Origin: Eledone cirrhosa
Taxonomy: Eukaryota
Direction: 5' to 3'
Length of the DNA: 64,000 bases
NCBI GenBank assembly: GCA_964016885.1
Contig: OZ024742.1
Location: 165,602,001 to 165,666,000 of the forward strand
Shown here: one piece after another, positions 28,995 through 44,000 of the stretch
Numbering within the stretch: position 1 is the stretch's first letter
Layout of the letters: each line of letters opens with the position of its first letter
Notes under the pieces: model-generated
Seen by the model: only the letters and a program-made list of their open reading frames with translations
Database searches by the model: none
Told to the model about the DNA's origin: nothing
Program-made: the position numbers and the translations under genes

Positions 28995-31900
28995 CCCCTT
29001 GGACGGCTGGAAATTATCTCCCCTTGATTTTTTTACAAATTATCTCCCCCTGATTTTTTTTACAAATTATCTCCCCCTGATTTTATGTTACAAATTATCT
29101 CCCCCTGATTTTTTTACAAATTATCTCCCCCTGATTTTTTTTACAAATTATCTCCGCCTGATTTTTTTAAATATTATCTTCCCTTGGCTGGCGGGAAATT
29201 ATCTCCCCTTGGACGGCTGGAAATTATCTCCCCTTGATTTTTTTTACAAATTATCTCCCCCTGATTTTTTTTTACAAATTATCTCCCCCTGATTTTTTTT
29301 TACAAATTATCTCCCCCTGATTTTTTTTTACAAATTATCTCCCCCTGATTTTTTTTTACAAATCTCCCCCTGATTTTTTTATAAATTATCTCCCCTTGGC
29401 TGGCTGGAAATTATCTCCCCTTGGAGGCTGGAATTTATCTCCCCTTGGACGGCTAGAAATTACCTCTCCTTGGATGGCTGGAAAATATGTCTCCTTGGAC
29501 GGCTGGATATTATCTACCCTTGGACGGCTGGAAATTATCTCCCCTTGGACGGCTGGAAATTATCTCCCCTTGGACGGCTAGATATTACCTCCCATTGGAC
29601 GGCTGGAAATTATCTCCCCTTGATTTTTTTTACAAATTATCTCCCCCTGATTTTTTTTTACGAATTATCTCCCCCTGATTTTTTTTTACAAATTATCTCC
29701 GCCTGATTTTTTTTTTAAAATTATCTCCCCTTGAACGGCTGGAAATTATCTCCCCTTGGACGGCTGGAAATTATCTCCCCTTGGACGGCTAGAAATTACC
29801 TCTCCTTGGACGGCTGAAAATTATCTCCCCTTGGACGGCTGCAAATTATCTCCCCTTGATTTTTTTAACAAATTATCTCCCCCTGATTTTTTTTTACAAA
29901 TTATCTCCCCCTGATTTTTTTTTACAAATTATCTACGCCTAATTTTTTTTACAAATTATCTCCCCCTGATTTTTTTTTACAAATTATCTCCCCCTGATTT
30001 TTTTTACAAATTATCTCCCCCTGATTTTTTTTACAAATTATCTCCCCCTGATTTTTTTACAAATTATCTCCCCCCTGATTTTTTTTACAATCTCCGCCTG
30101 ATTTTTTTAAAAATTATCTTCCCTTGGCTGGCGGGAAATTATCTCCCCTTGGACGGCTGGAAATTATATCCCCTTGGAAGGATGGAAATTATCTCCCCTT
30201 GGACGGCTGGAAATTATCTCCCCTTGGACGGCTGGAAATTACCTCCCCTTGGACAGCTGGAAATTATCTGCCCTTGATTTTGTTTTTACAAATTATCTCC
30301 CCCTGATTTTTTTTACAAATTATCTCCACCTGATTTTTTAAAAAATTATCTCCCCTTGGACGGCTGGAAATTATCTCCCCTTGGACGGCTGGAAATTATC
30401 TCCCCTTGATTTTTTTTACAAATTATCTCCCCCTGATTTTTTTTTACAAATTATCTCCCCCTGATTTTTTTTACAAATTATCTCCCCCTGATTTTTTTTT
30501 ACAAATTATTTCCCCCTGATTTTTTTACAAATTATCTCCCCCCTGATTTTTTTTACAATCTCCGCCTGATTTTTTTAAAAATTATCTTCCCTTGGCTGGC
30601 GGGAAATTATCTCCCCTTGGACGGCTGGAAATTATATCCCCTTGGAAGGATGGAAATTATCTCCCCTTGGACGGCTGGAAATTATCTCCCCTTGGACGGC
30701 TGGAAATTATCTCCCCTTGGACAGCTGGAAATTATCTGCCCTTGATTTTGTTTTTACAAATTATCTCCCCCTGATTTTTTTTACAAATTATCTCCACCTG
30801 ATTTTTTAAAAAATTATCTCCCCTTGGACGGCTGGAAATTATCTCCCCTTGATTTTTTTTACAAATTATCTCCCCCTGATTTTTTTTTACAAATTATCTC
30901 CCCCTGATTTTTTTTTACAAATTATCTCCCCCTGATTTTTTTTTACAAATTATCTCACCCTGATTTTTTTTACAAATTATCTCTCCCTGATTTTTTTACA
31001 AATTATCTCCCCTTGGCTGGCTGGAAATTATCTCCCCTTGGAGGCTGGAATTTATCTCCCCTTGGACGGCTAGAAATTACCTCTCCTTGGACGGCTGGAA
31101 AATATGTCTCCTTGGACGGCTGGATATTATCTACCCTTGGACGGCTGGAAATTATCTCCCCTTGGACGGCTGGAAATTATCTCCTCTTGGACGGCTAGAT
31201 ATTACCTCCCCTTGGACGGCTGGAAATTATCTCCCCTTGATTTTTTTACAAATTATCTCCCCCTGATTTTTTTACAAATTATCTCCCCCTGATTTTTTTT
31301 ACAAATTATCTCCGCCTAATTTTTTTAAATATTATCTTCCCTTGGCTGGCGGGAAATTATCTCCCCTTGGACGGCTGAAAATTATCTCCCCTTGGACGGC
31401 TGGAAATTATCTCCCCTTGATTTTTTTTACAAATTATCTCCCCCTGATTTTTTTTTACAAATTATCTCCCCCTGATTTTTTTTACAAATTATCTCCTCCT
31501 GATTTTTTTACAAATTATCTCCCCTTGGCTGGCTGGAAATTATCTCCCCTTGGAGGCTGGAATTTATCTCCCCTTGGACGGCTAGAAATTACCTCTCCTT
31601 GGAAGGCTGGAAAATATGTCCTTGGACGGCTGGATATTATCTACCCTTGGACGGCTGGAAATTATCTCCCCTTGGACGGCTGGAAATTATCTCCCCTTGG
31701 ACGGCTAGATATTACCTCCCCTTGGACGGCTGAAAATTATCTCCCCTTGGACGGCTGGAAATTATCTCCCCTTGATTTTTTTTACAAATTATCTCCCCCT
31801 GATTATTTTTTACAAATTATCCCCTGATTTTTTTTTTACAAATTATCTCCCCCTGATTTTTTTTACAAATTATCTCCCCCTGATTTTTTTACAAATTATC

Positions 31901-33240
31901 TCCCCTTGGCTGGCTGGAAATTATCTCCCATTGGAGGCTGGAATTTATCTCCCCTTGGACGGTTAGAAATTACCTCCCCTTGGACGGCTGGAAAATATGT
32001 CTCCTTGGACGGCTGGAAATTATCGCCCCTTGGACGGCTGGAAATTATCTCCCCTTGGACGGCTGGAAATTATCTCTCATCGGACGGCTAGAAATTACCT
32101 CTCCTTGGACAGCTGAAAATTATCTCCCCTTGGACGGCTGGAAATTATCTCCCCTTGATTTTTTTTACAAATTATCTCCCCCTGATTTTTTTTTACAAAT
32201 TATCTCCCCCTGATTTTTTTTTACAAATTATCTCCCCCTGATTTTTTTTTACAAATTATCTCCCCCTGATATTTTTTACAAATTATCTCCCCCTGATTTT
32301 TTTACAAATTATCTCCCCTTGGCTGGCTGGAAATTATCTCCCCTTGGAGGCTGGAATTTATCTCCCCTTGGACGGCTAGAAATTACCTCGCCTTGGACGG
32401 CTGGAAAATATGTCTCCTTGGACGGCTGGAAATTATCTCCCCTTGGACGGCTGGAAATTATCTCCCCTTGGACAGCTGGAAATTATCTCCCCTTGGACGG
32501 CTAGATATTACCTCCCCTTGGACGGCTGGAAATTATCTCCCCTTGATTTTTTTTACAAATTATCTCCCCCTGATTTTTTTTTACAAATTATCTCCCCCTG
32601 ATTTTTTTTTACGAATTATCTCCCCCCGATTTTTTTTTACAAATTATCTCCGGCTGATTTTTTTTTAAAAATTATCTCCCCTTGAACGGCTGGAAATTAT
32701 CTCCCCTTGGACGGCTGGAAATTATCTCCCCTTGGACGGCTAGAAATTACCTCTCCTTGGACGGCTGAAAATTATCTCCCCTTGGACGGCTGCAAATTAT
32801 CTCCCCCTGATTTTTTTTTACAAATTATCTCCCCCTGATTTTTTTTTACAAATTATCTCCCCCTGATTTTTTTTTACAAATTATCTCCCCCTGATTTTTT
32901 TACAAATTATCTCCCCCTGATTTTTTTTACAATCTCCGCCTGATTTTTTAAAAAATTATCTTCCCTTGGCTGGCGGGAAATTATCTCCCCTTGGACGGCT
33001 GGAAATTATCTCCCCTTGGACGGCTGGAAATTATCTCCCCTTGGACAGCTGGAAATTATCTGCCCTTGATTTTGTTTTTACAAATTATCTCCCCCTGATT
33101 TTTTTTACAAATTATCTCCACCTGATTTTTTAAAAAATTATCTCCCCTTGGACGGCTGGAAATTATCTCCCCTTGATTTTTTTACAAATTATCTCCCCCT
33201 GATTTTTTTTACAAGTTATCTCCCCCTGATTTTATGTTAC
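28995..33240. repeat. ~4.2-kb dispersed copy of ~12880-17150 (offset ~16114-16115)
   Basis: Marker CTCCTCCTGA (15381/31496). ORF pairs 12885/28999, 14010/30124, 15657/31772, 16204/32319. Confidence 0.87.
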
Positions 33241-36200
33241 AAATTATCTCCCCCTGATTTTTTTACAAATTATCTCCGCCTGATTTTTTTTACAAATTAT
33301 CTCCGCCTGATTTTTTTAAATATTATCTTCCCTTGGCTGGCGGGAAATTATCTCCCCTTGGACGGCTGGAAATTATCTCCCCTTGATTTTTTTTACAAAT
33401 TATCTCCCCCTGATTTTTTTTTACAAATTATCTCCCCCTGATTTTTTTTTACAAATTATCTCCCCCTGATTTTTTTTTACAAATCTCCCCCTGATTTTTT
33501 TATAAATTATCTCCCCTTGGCTGGCTGGAAATTATCTCCCCTTGGAGGCTGGAATTTATCTCCCCTTGGACGGCTAGAAATTACCTCTCCTTGGATGGCT
33601 GGAAAATATGTCTCCTTGGACGGCTGGATATTATCTACCCTTGGACGGCTGGAAATTATCTCCCCTTGGACGGCTGGAAATTATCTCCCCTTGGACGGCT
33701 AGATATTACCTCCCATTGGACGGCTGGAAATTATCTCCCCTTGATTTTTTTTACAAATTATCTCCCCCTGATTTTTTTTTACGAATTATCTCCCCCTGAT
33801 TTTTTTTTACAAATTATCTCCGCCTGATTTTTTTTTTAAAATTATCTCCCCTTGAACGGCTGGAAATTATCTCCCCTTGGACGGCTGGAAATTATCTCCC
33901 CTTGGACGGCTAGAAATTACCTCTCCTTGGACGGCTGAAAATTATCTCCCCTTGGACGGCTGCAAATTATCTCCCCTTGATTTTTTTAACAAATTATCTC
34001 CCCCTGATTTTTTTTTACAAATTATCTCCCCCTGATTTTTTTTACAAATTATCTACGCCTAATTTTTTTTACAAATTATCTCCCCCTGATTTTTTTTTAC
34101 AAATTATCTCCCCCTGATTTTTTTTACAAATTATCTCCCCTTGGCTGGCTGGAAATTATCTCCCCTTGGAGGCTGGAATTTATCTCCCCTTGGACGGTTA
34201 GAAATTACCTCTCCTTGGACTGCTGGAAAATATGTCTCCTTGGACGGCTGGAAATTATCTCCCCTTGGACGGCTGGAAATTATCTCCCCTTGGACGGCTG
34301 GAAATTATCTCTCCTCGGACGACTAGAAATTACCTCTCCTTGGACAGCTGAAAATTATCTCCCCTTGGACGGCTGGAAATTATCTCCCCTTGATTTTTTT
34401 TACAAATTATCTCCCCCTGATTTATTTTACAAATTATCTCCCCCTGATTTTTTTTTACAAATTATCTCCCCCTGATTTTTTTTACAAATTATCTCCCCCT
34501 GATATTTTTTACAAATTATCTCCCCCTGATTTTTTTACAAATTATCTCCCCTTGGCTGGCTGGAAATTATCTACCCTTGGAGGCTGGAATTTATCTCCCC
34601 TTGGACGGCTAGAAATTACCTCGCCTTGGACGGCTGGAAAATATGTCTCCTTGGACGGCTGGAAATTATCTCCCCTTGGACGGCTGGAAATTATCTCCCC
34701 TTGGACGGCTGGAAATTATCTCCCCTTGGACGGCTAGATATTACCTCCCCTTGGACGGCTGGAAATTATCTCCCCTTGATTTTTTTTACAAATTATCTCC
34801 CCCTGATTTTTTTTTACAAATTATCTCCCCCTGATTTTTTTTACGAAGTATCTCCCCCTGATTTTTTTTTACAAATTATCTCCGCCTGATTTTTTTTTAA
34901 AAATTATCTCCCCTTGAACGGCTGGAAATTATCTCCCCTTGGACGGCTGGAAATTATCTCCCCTTGGACGGCTAGAAATTACCTCTCCTTGGACGGCTGA
35001 AAATTATCTCCCATTGGACGGCTGCAAATTATCTCCCCTTGATTTTTTAACAAATTATCTCCCCCTGATTTTTTTTTACAAATTATCTCCCCCTGATTTT
35101 TTTTTACAAATTATCTACGCCTAATTTTTTTTACAAATTATCTCCCCCTGATTTTTTTTTACAAATTATCTCCCCCTGATTTTTTTTACAAATTATCTCC
35201 CCCTGATTTTTTTTACAAATTATTTCCCCCTGATTTTTTTACAAATTATCTCCCCCCTGATTTTTTTTACAATCTCCGCCTGATTTTTTTAAAAATTATC
35301 TTCCCTTGGCTGGCGGGAAATTATCTCCCCTTGGACGGCTGGAAATTATATCCCCTTGGAAGGATGGAAATTATCTCCCCTTGGACGGCTGGAAATTATC
35401 TCCCCTTGGACGGCTGGAAATTATCTCCCCTTGGACAGCTGGAAATTATCTGTCCTTGATTTTGTTTTTACAAATTATCTCCCCCTGATTTTTTTTACAA
35501 ATTATCTCCACCTGATTTTTTAAAAAATTATCTCCCCTTGGACGGCTGGAAATTATCTCCCCTTGATTTTTTTTACAAATTATCTCCCCCTGATTTTTTT
35601 TTACAAATTATCTCCCCCTGATTTTTTTTTACAAATTATCTCCCCCTGATTTTTTTTTACAAATTATCTCACCCTGATTTTTTTACAAATTATCTCTCCC
35701 TGATTTTTTTACAAATTATCTCCCCTTGGCTGGCTGGAAATTATCTCCCCTTGGAGGCTGGAATTTATCTCCCCTTGGACGGCTAGAAATTACCTCTCCT
35801 TGGACGGCTGGAAAATATGTCTCCTTGGACGGCTGGATATTATCTACCCTTGGACGGCTGGAAATTATCTCCCCTTGGACGGCTGGAAATTATCTCCTCT
35901 TGGACGGCTAGATATTACCTCCCCTTGGACGGCTGGAAATTATCTCCCCTTGATTTTTTTACAAATTATCTCCCCCTGATTTTTTTACAAATTATCTCCC
36001 CCTGATTTTTTTTACAAATTATCTCCGCCTAATTTTTTTAAATATTATCTTCCCTTGGCTGGCGGGAAATTATCTCCCCTTGGACGGCTGAAAATTATCT
36101 CCCCTTGGACGGCTGGAAATTATCTCCCCTTGATTTTTTTTACAAATTATCTCCCCCTGATTTTTTTTTACAAATTATCTCCCCCTGATTTTTTTTACAA

Positions 36201-39200
36201 ATTATCTCCCCCTGATTTTTTTACAAATTATCTCCCCTTGGCTGGCTGGAAATTATCTCCCCTTGGAGGCTGGAATTTATCTCCCCTTGGACGGCTAGAA
36301 ATTACCTCTCCTTGGAAGGCTGGAAAATATGTCCTTGGACGGCTGGATATTATATACCCTTGGACGGCTGGAAATTATCTCCCCTTGGACGGCTGGAAAT
36401 TATCTCCCCTTGGACGGCTAGATATTACCTCCCCTTGGACGGCTGAAAATTATCTCCCCTTGGACGGCTGGAAATTATCTCCCCTTGATTTTTTTTACAA
36501 ATTATCTCCCCCTGATTATTTTTTACAAATTATCCCCTGATTTTTTTTTTACAAATTATCTCCCCCTGATTTTTTTTACAAATTATCTCCCCCTGATTTT
36601 TTTACAAATTATCTCCCCTTGGCTGGCTGGAAATTATCTCCCATTGGAGGCTGGAATTTATCTCCCCTTGGACGGTTAGAAATTACCTCCCCTTGGACGG
36701 CTGGAAAATATGTCTCCTTGGACGGCTGGAAATTATCGCCCCTTGGATGGCTGGAAATTATCTCCCCTTGGACGGCTGGAAATTATCTCTCATCGGACGG
36801 CTAGAAATTACCTTTCCTTGGACAGCTGAAAATTATCTCCCCTTGGACGGCTGGAAATTATCTCCCCTTGATTTTTTTTACAAATTATCTCCCCCTGATT
36901 TTTTTTTACAAATTATCTCCCCCTGATTTTTTTTTACAAATTATCTCCCCCTGATTTTTTTTTACAAATTATCTCCCCCTGATATTTTTTACAAATTATC
37001 TCCCCCTGATTTTTTTACAAATTATCTCCGCTTGGCTGGCTGGAAATTATCTCCCCTTGGAGGCTGGAATTTATCTCCCCTTGGACGGCTAGAAATTACC
37101 TCGCCTTGGACGGCTGGAAAATATGTCTCCTTGGACGGCTGGAAATTATCTCCCCTTGGACGGCTGGAAATTATCTCCCCTTGGACAGCTGGAAATTATC
37201 TCCCCTTGGACGGCTAGATATTACCTCCCCTTGGACGGCTGGAAATTATCTCCCCTTGGACGGCTGGAAATTATATCCCCTTGGACGGCTGGAAATTACC
37301 TCCCCTTGGACAGCTGGAAATTATCTGCCCTTGATTTTGTTTTTACAAATTATCTCCCCTTGATTTTTTTTACAAATTATCTCCACCTGATTTTTTAAAA
37401 AATTATCTCCCCTTGGACGGCTGGAAATTATCTCCCCTTGATTTTTTTTACAAATTATCTCCCCCTGATTTTTTTTTACAAATTATCTCCCCCTGATTTT
37501 TTTTTACAAATTATCTCCCCCTGATTTTTTTTTACAAATTATCTGCCCCTGATTTTTTTTACAAATTATCTCCCCCTGATTTTTTTACAAATTATCTCCC
37601 CTTGGCTGGCTGGAAATTATCTCCCCTTGGAGGCTGGAATTTATCTCCCCTTGGACGGCTAGAAATTACCTCTCCTTGGACGGCTGGAAAATATTTCTCC
37701 TTGGACGGCTGGATATTATCTACCCTTGGACGGGTGGAAATTATCTCCCCTTGGACGGCTGGAAATTATCTCCCCTTGGACGGCTAGATATTACCTCCCC
37801 TTGGACGACTGGAAATTATCTCCCCTTGATTTTTTTTACAAATTATCTCCCCCTGATTTTTTTTTTACAAATTATCTCCCCCTGATTTTTTTTACAAATT
37901 ATCTCCGCCTGATTTTTTTAAATATTATCTTCTCTTGGCTGGCGGGAAATTATCTCCCCTTGGACGGCTGAAAATTATCTCCCCTTGGACGGCTGGAAAT
38001 TATCTCCCCTTGATTTTTTTTACAAATTATCTCCCCCTGATTTTTTTTTACAAATTATCTCCCCCTGATTTTTTTTTACAAATTATCTCCCCCTGATTTT
38101 TTTTTTACAAATTATCTCCCCCTGATTTATTTACAAATTATCTCCCCCTGATTTTTTTTACAAATTATCTCCGCCTGATTTTTTTAAATATTATCTTCTC
38201 TTGGCTGGCGGGAAATTATCTCCCCTTGGACGGCTGAAAATTATCTCCCCTTGGACGGCTGGAAATTATCTCCCCTTGATTTTTTTTACAAATTATCTCC
38301 CCCTGATTTTTTTTTACAAATTATCTCCCCCTGATTTTTTTTTACAAATTATCTCCCCCTGATTTTTTTTTACAAATTATCTCCCCCTGATTTTTTTTAC
38401 AAATTATCTCCCCCTGATTTTTTTACAAATTATCTCCCCTTGGCTGGCTGGAAATTATCTCCCCTTGGAGGCTGGAATTTATCTCCCCTTGGACGGCTAG
38501 AAATTACCTCTCCTTGGACGGCTGGAAATTATCTCTCCTCGGACGACTAGAAATTACCTCTCCTTGGACAGCTGAAAATTATCTCCCCTTGGACGGCTGG
38601 AAATTATCTCCCCTTGATTTTTTTTACAAATTATCTCCCCCTGATTTATTTTACAAATTATCTCCCCCTGATTTTTTTTTACAAATTATCTCCCCCTGAT
38701 TTTTTTTACAAATTATCTCCCCCTGATATTTTTTACAAATTATCTCCCCCTGATTTTTTTACAAATTATCTCCCCTTGGCTGGCTGGAAATTATCTACCC
38801 TTGGAGGCTGGAATTTATCTCCCCTTGGACGGCTAGAAATTACCTCGCCTTGGACGGCTGGAAAATATGTCTCCTTGGACGGCTGGAAATTATCTCCCCT
38901 TGGACGGCTGGAAATTATCTCCCCTTGGACGGCTGGAAATTATCTCCCCTTGGACGGCTAGATATTACCTCCCCTTGGACGGCTGGAAATTATCTCCCCT
39001 TGATTTTTTTTACAAATTATCTCCCCCTGATTTTTTTTTACAAATTATCTCCCCCTGATTTTTTTTTACGAAGTATCTCCCCCTGATTTTTTTTTACAAA
39101 TTATCTCCGCCTGATTTTTTTTAAAAAATTATCTCCCCTTGAACGGCTGGAAATTATCTCCCCTTGGACGGCTGGAAATTATCTCCCCTTGGACGGCTAG

Positions 39201-40925
39201 AAATTACCTCTCCTTGGACGGCTGAAAATTATCTCCCATTGGACGGCTGCAAATTATCTCCCCTTGATTTTTTAACAAATTATCTCCCCCTGATTTTTTT
39301 TTACAAATTATCTCCCCCTGATTTTTTTTTACAAATTATCTACGCCTAATTTTTTTTACAAATTATCTCCCCCTGATTTTTTTTTACAAATTATCTCCCC
39401 CTGATTTTTTTTACAAATTATCTCCCCCTGATTTTTTTTTACAAATTATTTCCCCCTGATTTTTTTACAAATTATCTCCCCCCTGATTTTTTTTACAATC
39501 TCCGCCTGATTTTTTTAAAAATTATCTTCCCTTGGCTGGCGGGAAATTATCTCCCCTTGGACGGCTGGAAATTATATCCCCTTGGAAGGATGGAAATTAT
39601 CTCCCCTTGGACGGCTGGAAATTATCTCCCCTTGGACGGCTGGAAATTATCTCCCCTTGGACAGCTGGAAATTATCTGTCCTTGATTTTGTTTTTACAAA
39701 TTATCTCCCCCTGATTTTTTTTACAAATTATCTCCACCTGATTTTTTAAAAAATTATCTCCCCTTGGACGGCTGGAAATTATCTCCCCTTGATTTTTTTT
39801 ACAAATTATCTCCCCCTGATTTTTTTTTACAAATTATCTCCCCCTGATTTTTTTTTACAAATTATCTCCCCCTGATTTTTTTTTACAAATTATCTCACCC
39901 TGATTTTTTTTACAAATTATCTCTCCCTGATTTTTTTACAAATTATCTCCCCTTGGCTGGCTGGAAATTATCTCCCCTTGGAGGCTGGAATTTATCTCCC
40001 CTTGGACGGCTAGAAATTACCTCTCCTTGGACGGCTGGAAAATATGTCTCCTTGGACGGCTGGATATTATCTACCCTTGGACGGCTGGAAATTATCTCCC
40101 CTTGGACGGCTGGAAATTATCTCCTGTTGGACGGCTAGATATTACCTCCCCTTGGACGGCTGGAAATTATCTCCCCTTGATTTTTTTACAAATTATCTCC
40201 CCCTGATTTTTTTACAAATTATCTCCCCCTGATTTTTTTTACAAATTATCTCCGCCTAATTTTTTTAAATATTATCTTCCCTTGGCTGGCGGGAAATTAT
40301 CTCCCCTTGGACGGCTGAAAATTATCTCCCCTTGGACGGCTGGAAATTATCTCCCCTTGATTTTTTTTACAAATTATCTCCCCCTGATTTTTTTTTACAA
40401 ATTATCTCCCCCTGATTTTTTTTACAAATTATCTCCCCCTGATTTTTTTACAAATTATCTCCCCTTGGCTGGCTGGAAATTATCTCCCCTTGGAGGCTGG
40501 AATTTATCTCCCCTTGGACGGCTAGAAATTACCTCTCCTTGGAAGGCTGGAAAATATGTCCTTGGACGGCTGGATATTATCTACCCTTGGACGGCTGGAA
40601 ATTATCTCCCCTTGGACGGCTGGAAATTATCTCCCCTTGGACGGCTAGATATTACCTCCCCTTGGACGGCTGAAAATTATCTCCCCTTGGACGGCTGGAA
40701 ATTATCTCCCCTTGATTTTTTTTACAAATTATCTCCCCCTGATTATTTTTTACAAATTATCCCCTGATTTTTTTTTTACAAATTATCTCCCCCTGATTTT
40801 TTTTACAAATTATCTCCCCCTGATTTTTTTACAAATTATCTCCCCTTGGCTGGCTGGAAATTATCTCCCATTGGAGGCTGGAATTTATCTCCCCTTGGAC
40901 GGTTAGAAATTACCTCCCCTTGGAC
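32840..40925. repeat. Second copy of the ~8-kb block at 1-8085
   Basis: Same diagnostic variants and ORF order as 1-8085 at an offset of ~32.8 kb. Confidence 0.9.
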
Positions 40926-41079
40926 GGCTGGAAAATATATCTCCTTGGACGGCTGGAAATTATCGCCCCTTGGACGGCTGGAAATTATCTCCCCTTGGAC
41001 GGCTGGAAATTATCTCTCATCGGACGGCTAGAAATTACCTCTCCTTGGACAGCTGAAAATTATCTCCCCTTGGACGGCT

Positions 41080-44000
41080 GGAAATTATCTCCCCTTGATT
41101 TTTTTTACAAATTATCTCCCCCTGATTTTTTTTTACAAATTATCTCCCCCTGATTTTTTTTTACAAATTATCTCCCCCTGATTTTTTTTTACAAATTATC
41201 TCCCCCTGATATTTTTTACAAATTATCTCCCCCTGATTTTTTTACAAATTATCTCCCCTTGGCTGGCTGGAAATTATCTCCCCTTGGAGGCTGGAATTTA
41301 TCTCCCCTTGGACGGCTAGAAATTACCTCGCCTTGGACGGCTGGAAAATATGTCTCCTTGGACGGCTGGAAATTATCTCCCCTTGGACGGCTGGAAATTA
41401 TCTCCCCTTGGACAGCTGGAAATTATCTCCCCTTGGACGGCTAGATATTACCTCCCCTTGGACGGCTGGAAATTATCTCCCCTTGATTTTTTTTACAAAT
41501 TATCTCCCCCTGATTTTTTTTTACAAATTATCTCCCCCTGATTTTTTTTTACGAATTATCTCCCCCCGATTTTTTTTTACAAATTATCTCCCCCTGATTT
41601 TTTTTTACAAATTATCTACGCCTAATTTTTTTTACAAATTATCTCCCCCTGATTTTTTTTACAAATTATCTCCCCCTGATTTTTTTTACAAATTATCTCC
41701 CCCTGATTTTTTTTTACAAATTATTTCCCCCTGATTTTTTTACAAATTATCTCCCCCCTGATTTTTTTAAAAATTATCTTCCCTTGGCTGGCGGGAAATT
41801 ATCTCCCCTTGGACGGCTGGAAATTATATCCCCTTGGAGGCTGGAATTTATCTCCCCTTGGACGGCTAGAAATTACCTCGCCTTGGACGGCTGGAAAATA
41901 TGTCTCCTTGGACGGCTGGAAATTATCTCCCCTTGGACGGCTGGAAATTATCTCCCCTTGGACGGCTGGAAATTATCTCCCCTTGGACGGCTAGATATTA
42001 CCTCCCCTTGGACGGCTGGAAATTATCTCCCCTTGATTTTTTTTACAAATTATCTCCCCCTGATTTTTTTTTACAAATTATCTCCCCCTGATTTTTTTTT
42101 ACGAATTATCTCCCCCTGATTTTTTTTTACAAATTATCTCCCCTTGAACGGCTGGAAATTATCTCCCCTTGGACGGCTGGAAATTATCTCCCCTTGAAAG
42201 GCTAGAAATTACCTCTCCTTGGACGGCTGAAAATTATCTCCCCTTGGACGGCTGCAAATTATCTCCCCTTGATTTTTTAACAAATTACCTCGCCTTGGAC
42301 GGCTGGAAAATATGTCTCCTTGGACGGCTGGAAATTATCTCCCCTTGGACGGCTGGAAATTATCTCCCCTTGGACGGCTGGAAATTATCTCCCATTGGAC
42401 GGCTAGATATTACCTCCCCTTGGACGGCTGCAAATTATCTCCCCTTGATTTTTTTAACAAATTATCTCCCCCTGATTTTTTTTTACAAATTATCTCCCCC
42501 TGATTTTTTTTTACAAATTATCTACGCCTAATTTTTTTTACAAATTATCTCCCCCTGATTTTTTTTTACAAATTATCTCCCCCTGATTTTTTTTACAAAT
42601 TATCTCCCCCTGATTTTTTTTTACAAATTATCTCCCCCTGATTTTTTTACAAATTATCTCCCCCCTGATTTTTTTTACAATCTCCGCCTGATTTTTTTAA
42701 AAATTATCTTCCCTTGGCTGGCGGGAAATTATCTCCCCTTGGACGGCTGGAAATTATATCCCCTTGGAAGGATGGAAATTATCTCCCCTTGGACGGCTGG
42801 AAATTATCTCCCCTTGGACGGCTGGAAATTATCTCCCCTTGGACAGCTGGAAATTATCTGCCCTTGATTTTGTTTTTACAAATTATCTCCCCCTGATTTT
42901 TTTTACAAATTATCTCCACCTGATTTTTTAAAAAATTATCTCCCCTTGGACGGCTGGAAATTATCTCCCCTTGATTTTTTTACAAATTATCTCCCCCTGA
43001 TTTTTTTTACAAATTATCTCCCCCTGATTTTTTTTTTACAAATTATCTCCCCCTGATTTTTTTACAAATTATCTCCCCCTGATTTTTTTTACAAATTATC
43101 TCCGCCTGATTTTTTTAAATATTATCTTCCCTTGGCTGGCGGGAAATTATCTCCCCTTGGACGGCTGAAAATTATCTCCCCTTGGACGGCTGGAAATTAT
43201 CTCCCCTTGATTTTTTTTACAAATTATCTCCCCCTGATTTTTTTTACAAATTATCTCCCCCTGATTTTTTTTTACAAATTATCTCCCCCTGATTTTTTTT
43301 TACAAATTATCTGCCCCTGATTTTTTTTACAAATTATCTCCCCCTGATTTTTTTACAAATTATCTCCCCTTGGCTGGCTGGAAATTATCTCCCCTTGGAG
43401 GCTGGAATTTATCTCCCATTGGACGGCTAGAAATTACCTCTCCTTGGAAGGCTGGAAAATATTTCTCCTTGGAGGGCTGGATATTATCTACCCTTGGACG
43501 GGTGGAAATTATCTCCCCTTGATTTTTTTTACAAATTATCTCCCCCTGATTTTTTTTTACAAATTATCTCCCCCTGATTTTTTTTTACAAATTATCTCCC
43601 CCTGATTTTTTTTTACAAATTATCTCCCCCTGATATTTTTTACAAATTATCTCCCCCTGATTTTTTTACAAATTATCTCCCCTTGGCTGGCTGGAAATTA
43701 TCTCCCCTTGGAGGCTGGAATTTATCTCCCCTTGGACGGCTAGAAATTACCTCGCCTTGGACGGCTGGAAAATATGTCTCCTTGGACGGCTGGAAATTAT
43801 CTCCCCTTGGACGGCTGGAAATTATCTCCCCTTGGACAGCTGGAAATTATCTCCCCTTGGACGGCTAGATATTACCTCCCCTTGGACGGCTGGAAATTAT
43901 CTCCCCTTGATTTTTTTTACAAATTATCTCCCCCTGATTTTTTTTTACAAATTATCTCCCCCTGATTTTTTTTTACGAATTATCTCCCCCCGATTTTTTT